Shown one piece after another: positions 55,861-64,000 of a stretch of 64,000 bases of DNA. Under the pieces are notes generated by a model that was not told the DNA's origin, did not search any database, and saw nothing but the letters and a program-made list of their open reading frames with translations. Position 1 is the first letter of the stretch. Each line of letters begins with the position of its first letter. A program made the translations under genes and the position numbers. The stretch comes from Octopus vulgaris (Eukaryota): assembly GCA_951406725.2 (NCBI GenBank), contig OX597823.1:108128001-108192000 (forward strand), in the 5' to 3' direction.

Positions 55861-56733
55861 AAACAGGCCTTGAAAGAAAATTTAACTTTATGTATACATA
55901 CATATATATGTGTGTGTGTGTATTGGAAAGAGAAATATAGATAAGAAAATTACTAAGTTAGCTAGCCCTATTTGAGACATGGGGGCCAAAAATACCCCAC
56001 ACATCATCAAGAGGAGTATCACTGAACAATCTACATCATATGTCAATGAACCAGGGAGGTACAAGTTTTGTGTTGCTGAAAAAACACATATCCCTTTTAA
56101 ATCTAAGAACACAACTGACTTAATTCTAGATCTGAGATTTTCACTAAATGCAAGCACCTCAATAAGTTTCTATTACTGAATTAGAGAACACTACCCTCTC
56201 TGGATTTGGCATCCAGTCTTACAATCTTTAACCTCTCCACATCGAATTAACTACGTCAACCATTGTGAATTCCGATTATTACAGACTAAAGGATCACAAC
56301 TCTTATCTCACTTCCCAACTTTCCTTGTTTCTTTTTAACCATTTACTTCTCATTCTTTATCACTTATTCACTGTGAGAAGCCATGTTTTATTTTGAGCCT
56401 GAAAGATTATGGGATAGTAGCAGCAGGCTATACAAGCTTCTCTAACTAATTGTACTATCAGAGCGTGAAGCTTAAAGTAGTTAGCACTTAAATCCTATGA
56501 TTCTTAAATTATATATATATATAAATGTAAAAGACGTTTTCGTTTTCCTGAGCATCAAATTGATACACCTGCTTGTTGTTCATACACCTGTCTTCGTCTT
56601 TTGTTTTTCTATAAATTTCAACTATATATATATATATATATAATTAAAATCACAATAAGGGTGAAAAAAAATTGAATATTAATTAATAACATCAATTTAA
56701 AACACCAAGTGGCCTAGCGTATAAAAATTATTA

Positions 56734-57149
56734 ATACAAATATTAAGAGAAAGTCCACATGTGGTCACTCTGGGGTAGTATTTACATCCGGGGATTCAAC
56801 GCACCAGAATGAGGATATTTGAACGTAACTGCGAATATAATCGGCTCTACCGTTCGCCTTTGTTCGGCTTCGTGTGGATTTTGCCATTCGGTCCAGCAAA
56901 TTATATTTTTGATATACTCTACTGACGATTCGAAAATGATTATGTAAGTAAAATTACACAATCTATTAACGATGAAACAATTGTATAGAGTTAATCTATT
57001 TTTTCATTATTTTTCATTTGTCCTGCTCGCTTACATTCTTGGTGTGTTGTATCAATTCTTGAGAACAATTCTTTAGTGGTGGATTCCCTTTGCGAATCTA
57101 TATCTAGCATAGCATTAAAGTGACCACATGTAAACTCTCTCTTAATATT

Positions 57150-57154
<5 letters not shown>
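56734..57154. mobile_element. ~420-bp element bounded by 36-bp inverted repeats and containing a hammerhead
   Basis: 56734-56769 versus the reverse complement of 57119-57154 matches at 33/36 positions; the element lies between (TA)n tracts. Confidence 0.75.
56916..56991 (+). ncRNA. Type I hammerhead ribozyme, canonical core, long irregular stem II
   Basis: Stem I ACUCUA/UAGAGU; CUGACGA; stem II with ucg/cga, gauu/aauc and uguaa/uuaca pairings; GAAAC-aauu-GU palindromic stem III; predicted cut after GUA at 56985. Confidence 0.8.
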
Positions 57155-57191
<37 letters not shown>

Positions 57192-57207
57192 TATATACAT
57201 ATGTGTG

Positions 57208-57287
<80 letters not shown>

Positions 57288-57847
57288 TAAATATATGTAT
57301 GTATTATCTATTTTAAAGTTATGAGGAAAGGCAGAACCCATGGCACTATACAAGTCCTCAAAGACAAGTGGAAAGAAGCTAACTTCAAACTGCAAACCTG
57401 ACCTGATTACTTTTAGCAAAGTGGACTCCACTGAAAGCATTGTAGAGTCAGGTGGTGTCATCGTATATGGCAATCACCCAATGAATGTCAATCTGAAATA
57501 TTTCTTTCTAATTTAAGCACAAGGCAAACAGTTTTAAGGAGGGAGTTCAACTGATATTATCAACCCCAGCATTTGATTGGTGTTGTATTGTTTGAAGCTC
57601 AGCTTGTTTTTGAACTCAGAACATAAACCGCTGGAACAAATACCACAAGCAATTTTTCTTTCCATTGTTCTAATAATTCTGCCATTCTGTTGCGTTATAA
57701 TAAGATTAATAATGGTTTCAAATTTTAGCCCAGGGTTTGTAGCTACTGAGGAGAAGAAGTTCATTACATTGATCTCAGTACTTCACTGGTACTTATTTTA
57801 TTGATCTCAATGAAATTTGAACATCAAATGTAAAAATGGCTGGAATA

Positions 57848-58080
57848 CCTATTTCTTTACTACCCACAAGGGGCCAAACACAGAGAAGACAAACAAGGAC
57901 AGACAAACGGATTAAGTTGATTATATCGACCCCAGTGCGTAACTGGTACTTAATTTATTCACCCCAAAAGGGTGAAAGGCAAAGTCGACCTCGGCGGAAT
58001 TTGAACTCAGAACGTAGTGGCAGACGAAATACTGCTAAGTATTTCACCCGGTGTGCTAACGTTTCTGCCAGCTCGCCGCC
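57848..58080 (-). mobile_element. SINE family B nested in an older B-like copy, 11-bp TSD
   Basis: TSD tggctggaata at 57837-57847 and 58081-58091. Confidence 0.88.
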
Positions 58081-58578
58081 TGGCTGGAATATCTCTTACC
58101 ATTTTGTCCAGCATGCTAGTGGTTCTGCCATTTTGCTGCCTGATAATAAGTGTTTGATAATGACAGGTGAAATCTACCACTCAAAGTGTATCAGTGTATA
58201 ATAGTGATAATCCCTTATCTCAAGAACTCTGACAAAAATTAATTGTAACAACATTGATTTTGTCAGTAATTTTCAAGGACTTGAGACCATTTGTATGTTA
58301 TAGTAACAAGTAGGTTGTTAGATGATCAAAGGTGAATGGTTGCAAAATGAGTTAGGTTGATGGTAGGGGAGGAAATTTTCACGCCGGGTGATGACTTGGA
58401 AAATTATTGTTTTCAGTATGCACAGCGTTATAACATTTCTCAATAAATAATTTTGTGATGCTTGCCGCCTAAATCTTAGAAAAGTTATGAGAGAAAATCA
58501 CAAATATTGCTGCAATACACACAAACACAATCACTACACGCATTTGAGCACATGAATATATATATATATATATGTATG

Positions 58579-58617
<39 letters not shown>

Positions 58618-58871
58618 CCTTATTTTGAAATTGTATGGATGATACCGTACTAAATTCTGGTGCCTCAACTTAAGTACCATATTCATCTGAATATATATAT
58701 ATATATACACGCACACACATATATATGTACACGCACACACATATATACATACACATAATATCTATCTATTTATCTATCTGTCTACCAACCTACCTACCTA
58801 TCTACCTACCTATGTACCTATTTATCTATCTGTATGTATATATATATACACATACACCCACATCCATAGAT

Positions 58872-58918
<47 letters not shown>

Positions 58919-60624
58919 CATATACACATATATAATAAAAAGTATAAAAAAGGTATAAAATTGATATATATGAAAACTAACGACAACAACAGCATCAACA
59001 CTATGCAACCATCCTGTTAAGTAGTGGAGTAAAAATTTTATTGATTCCTCTGACTCATACCTTAGGGTTTAATGCATTGATTCAACCGAGTTCTATTGTG
59101 AAAAAGTACCAAACCAGTTTTTCTATTCGTTGAAACATGGAGTAAGGTGACCTATCTTTAATTTATAAATCAATTTTTTCTACAATCTATTTAACAATGC
59201 TTTGTCTATGATTTATGAGTAGAAAAGACAAAAAAAAAAATCAACAAAAATACAAAAAATAACAATAAGAAATATCTAAAAAAAAAATATATAATAACCA
59301 TTTCAGCCTCTCTATTTGGACCTTGTTCAAACAAAGAAAATAATACAATTTCTTTTTTTTATTTATTTGATATTATTATCATTATTGTTATTATTATTAT
59401 TATTATCCTCCTCTTCCCTCTCATCATCATCATCATCATTATTATTATCAATATATATTTTTCTCTTCAGTGGGGAGTTTTTTTTATTATTTTTGTTTTT
59501 TTAATATTTTTCAGTGAGAGTCAGGACAATTTAGAGTTGGCGGCCATTTTGTTTTAACTTCACAAAGGTTGGTACAGTTGGTAGGTAGGCAGGTAGGTAG
59601 GAGCCAGGTAGTTAGGTAAGGTAAGTAGGCAGGTAGAATCTAGGTGGGTAGGTGGGTAGGTAGGTGCATGGCTGGTTAATTGGGTAGATGGGTAAGGTAG
59701 AGCTAACATGGCACGCCTAACACCTATTCCTCATCAATTTAATTATTCATCTCCACCTCCTAGCTAGTAAACACTGACTGGTGTAAGGAGGGGGAGAGGG
59801 ATCAGTGTGTGTGGGGGAGGTGTAAAATATGAGAGCGGCATGGGTGGAGAGGGGGGATAGGTTTAATGCATTGATTGTAACTGGACTGTCATGACCCTTA
59901 AAAGAAAAATAAAGTAAAAATTAAATCATGCATCATGCATCAGCTGCAGGTGTTAAGGGTTCAATCCCTGGGCAAGTTGTTTTACATTTAAATCAGTGTC
60001 CCCTTCTCTGAGATACTCACTTCAAAGTCTTGCTGAATCGATTTGGAATACTTTCAACCTTACACATATTGACTTGGAAAGATTTGATGTCCTTTTCTGT
60101 ATCATCATCATCAGCATCATGATAATAATCATCATCAGTATTGTGATAATAATAATAATCATCTTGGAGTGGTTGGCGTTAGGAAGGGCATCCAGCTGTA
60201 GAAACACTGCCAGATCTGACTGGCCTGGTGCAGCCTTCGAGCTTGCCAGACCCCAGTTGAACCGTCCAACCCATGCTAGCATGGAAAGCGGACGTTAAAC
60301 GATGATGATGATGATGATGATGATGATGATCTTCTTCCACTTCTTTCTCGTCCACCTCTTCATCATTCATAATCATCATGACCACCACCTCCATAACCGT
60401 AACGATTATGACCCTCTTCCTCCTCCTCCCCTCCTCCCCTTCCTATTCCTACTCATTACCACCACCACCACCACCACCACCACCACCACCACTAAAGATT
60501 GGTGAAATGAAGGGTATCTGAGCAAAGAAACTACCCCAATAAATGCTCACCTATGCCATCCAAGCAAGGAAAAGCAGAGGCTAAAACAACAACAATAATG
60601 ATGATGATGATCTAAAGTAATATC

Positions 60625-61002
60625 CAGGGTGATTCAAAAGTCCCCATACATAGGAACAATTCATTTTTTATATAAGAAACAGTTTATAAGAACAGTTTCT
60701 TTTTTTTATTTATTTAACAGGCTCTTTATGGTTACCATTGTTTTGAATACACATTGCAATACATTGACCCCAACTCATTGAGAACTCTTAATAGCACATC
60801 TGGTGATACGTGTGCAAAGGAGTTGGTGATGCGTTCCTTCAAATGATTTATGTCTTTTATCTTTCTGCGATGCACCATGCCTTTCAAATGCCCCCAAAGA
60901 TAGAAATCCAGAGGGGACAGACCAGGGGATCTAGGGGATCTTATAAACTATCCCTTATAAAAAAATTAATTTTTTCCTTTGTATGGAGACTTTTGAATCA
61001 CC

Positions 61003-61005
<3 letters not shown>
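60625..61005 (-). mobile_element. Internally deleted Tc1/mariner-superfamily element with ~50-bp TIRs
   Basis: TIR cagggtgattcaaaagtc(c/t)ccataca(t/a)aggaa at both ends with TA at the right end; internal minus-strand PRSPGLSPLDFYLWGHLK transposase tail. Confidence 0.88.
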
Positions 61006-61049
<44 letters not shown>

Positions 61050-62303
61050 TAACAATAATAAGGAGTATGGAGACTTGTATATTCACAAAGGATAAAGATC
61101 CTTCCTGTGTCCCACGGATTCATAGGGACAGTTTCTCGGATTCTCTTGCAAACATATTCCACTCTGGATGGAATGGTGGTCCATTGCAGGAATACTCATT
61201 TTTGCCAGCTGAATGGACTGGACCATCATGAAATGAAATGTTTTATATGGGAACACAATGCATCGCCTGGCCCAAGAATTGAAACCACAATCTTACGACC
61301 AATCTTGATACTATCTGATATTAGCAGAAGTTGCCTAGTTCTGCAAATTTAGATAATTGCATTGCTTCTTGCAGAGTTTGTTTCTTCAACTGTAGACATC
61401 ATTTTAACTACAACACTTTTGCCAACCAGAGAGCAATTTCTCAGAAGTAACAACAGATTCACTGAAATCACATTCTATTATTTAAAAACAGGAGGGTTAC
61501 GTCAGATAATGTAGTGATAAAGAATACTATGAAATAATACTGGTTTAAACTGCCTTGAGCATTGATCTGCACAGTCAGAGTTGATCTAAGGTTAAGCAAC
61601 AACAACAATGACAACAAGCAAATGAAGCTAGGGAGGAAATATTTATTTAGCGACTGCAGTATTAGCTAGAAATAGCAACCAAATCTCTCTGATTACACTC
61701 TACTCTCTTAAAAACATATATATTGGACTATGTGATCCTAGGTTTAAAATAAAACAGGATGATCATAACTTTTTATTACAGGTCCTTGCTCGATCATAGC
61801 TGACCAATGACTATACAGCAATAATATTTAGTTAACATTACAGTTTACCTGTATGTATAGATTGGAATAGCTACCTTCCACACAGTACACATTCATAGAA
61901 GAAAACTTTAATTCATAATGATCTCACAAATTACCATGGTGAAATCCATGCTATTATTTATTTATATGAAGGGGTACTAAGCTAGTACAAGTTAAGAGTT
62001 GTTGATCACGGATGTGTACTATAGTTCGTATCAGTATATAAACCGTAAACCCATCTCAGTTTGGTAATATGACACTTTATGGATTGAATTTTCAGTGATT
62101 CTTAGTGTTTAAGGTGTGCCAACTAGAGTAAGAAGAGTCTGAGGGTCCTGATAATGGTTAAATTATAAATTGTTTGCACATGAACCGGGAGATTGTGTAC
62201 AAATGAAATGAGTAAATGGTTGATTGGATGAGTACAAGACTGCAAACATACAGATCTTCAGTTCAGATCAGCTGCAGGCATTACATTGCATGTGTAACTA
62301 ATA

Positions 62304-62354
<51 letters not shown>

Positions 62355-62519
62355 CGTGACTGACCAGGCTATCAGATGTTGCTACACATCGCAGGTCACA
62401 ATGCGCTTCGCATTGTTTTAGCCTTCAAATGATGCCACCCCGCTGGCTAAGCGAGCAGGCCAACAGAAGAAAGAATGAGAGAAAGTTGTGGCGAAAGAGT
62501 ACAGCAGGGTAATACCATT

Positions 62520-63236
62520 AAGTACAGACGAAATACCATTAAGCATTTTGCCTGGTATGCTAACGTTTCTTATTCCTTTATTGTCCACAAAGGGCTAAAC
62601 ACAGAGGGGACAAGCAAGGACAGACAAAGGGATTAAGGTGATTACATCGACTGTGGTGCATAACTGGTACTTAATTTATCGACCCCAAAAGGATGAAAGT
62701 CAAAGTCGTCCTCGGCGGAATTTGAACTCAGAACATAACGGCAGCCAAAATACCGCTAAGCATTTCACCCGGCGTGATAACGTTTCTTATTTCTTTATTG
62801 CCCTCAAGGGGCTAAACACAGAGAGGACAAACAAAGACAGACAAAGGGATTAAGGTGATTACATCGACTGTGGTGCATAACTGGTACTTAATTTATCGAC
62901 CCCAAAAGGATGAAAGGCAAAGTCGTCCTCGGCGGAATTTGAACTCAGAACATAACGGCAGCCAAGATACCGCTAAGCATTTCACCCGGCATGCTAACGT
63001 TTCTTATTTCTTTATTGCCCTCAAGGGGCTAAACACAGAGAGGACAAACAAAGACAGACAAACAGATTAAGTCGATTATATCGACCCCATTGCATTACTG
63101 GTACTTAATTCATCAACCCCAAAAGGATGAAAGGCAAAGTTGTCTTCGGTGGAATTTGAACTCAGAATGTAACGGCAGACGAAATGCTGCTAAGCATTAC
63201 ACCCGGCATGCTAACGTTTCCGCCAGGCTGCTGCCT
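62520..63236 (-). mobile_element. SINE family B concatemer with ~217-bp units
   Basis: Near-identical ORFs 62638..62853 and 62855..63070; junction aataaagaaataag|aaacgtta. Confidence 0.9.
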
Positions 63237-64000
63237 TTGTGGCAGATATGTATTCTCATTCTATTTTCCTTTCTTTAATAATAGAAGCTAAAACTAGCAT
63301 TTCCATTTCTGAAGACAGTGCACAAGACTGCTAGTTTCTTCATTTCACATAAAGAATAAGAGGCTTGGTGCATAAGATTTCATATTCCACATGCCAAACG
63401 AACTCATGAGTGAACTGTTTTATCTAACTCATCTAGACAAAGAATTTTCAAACTAAAACTTTGATAAAATGCTTGTTGTACGCACTGGATGTTAGTCATG
63501 TTAATGTGGGACAAACCAGGATGAAGCATTGACTCTGCAACAATGCTGGACAAGCGGGTTGCAGCAAAATGTTTTGTTGGTTACCTGGTTACCATTTATC
63601 TGCTTGACGATATTAGTACCAATTCAACAACAGTAACAACAACAACAGGGATATCTACAACAATTACAACTGCTGTTCATCTATTTCTAAATAAAAATAT
63701 AAATCTATTTTTTGGAGTAGACATCCAAACATCCTCATGTTTGTAAGGTATAAATATATCAGATGCATGCGCAAATTCACTCATATACATACATATATAT
63801 ATATAGACACACACGCACATATATATGTATATATTTATATATGTATATATATAGACACACACATATGCATATATATACCCACACACGTATATATGTATAA
63901 ATGTACATTTATATCTATAAACGCATATAAAAACAGGTGTATGTATGTGTGTGTGTGTGTATATGTATGTATATAGAGCTGTGTAGTGCGTTTGTCCCCC

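Noticed and set aside
57320-57516. 58-aa ORF MALYKSSKTSGKK.. and its antisense ORF
   Set aside because: No recognisable family or consistent splice frame.
59893-59961. Short inverted repeat acccttaa..ttaagggt
   Set aside because: Only about 8 bp with no TSD; compatible with chance.

Overview
AT-rich, microsatellite-saturated eukaryotic DNA, probably intronic or intergenic. The SINE/LINE repertoire suggests an octopus or other coleoid cephalopod; this is inferred from recognised repeat families, not demonstrated. No host protein-coding exon could be supported, and nearly all ORFs in the track are translations of (TA)n, (CA)n, (TATG)n, (CTAT)n or triplet repeats. The real coding relics are all transposable elements: CR1-like LINE pieces, a young 5'-truncated RTE LINE with a PHD finger inside its RT, an R4/Dong LINE in (TAA)n, several Penelope-like GIY-YIG fragments, and mariner/maT-type DNA transposons. 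A piggyBac-type MITE and at least four SINE families are also present. The most notable signal is non-coding: several distinct minimal type I hammerhead ribozymes with palindromic stem III. They include a four-copy family with a fixed non-canonical CUGUNGA core, a hammerhead lying downstream of a tRNA-like Pol III head, and one enclosed by 36-bp inverted repeats. All structures were folded by eye and none has been tested.
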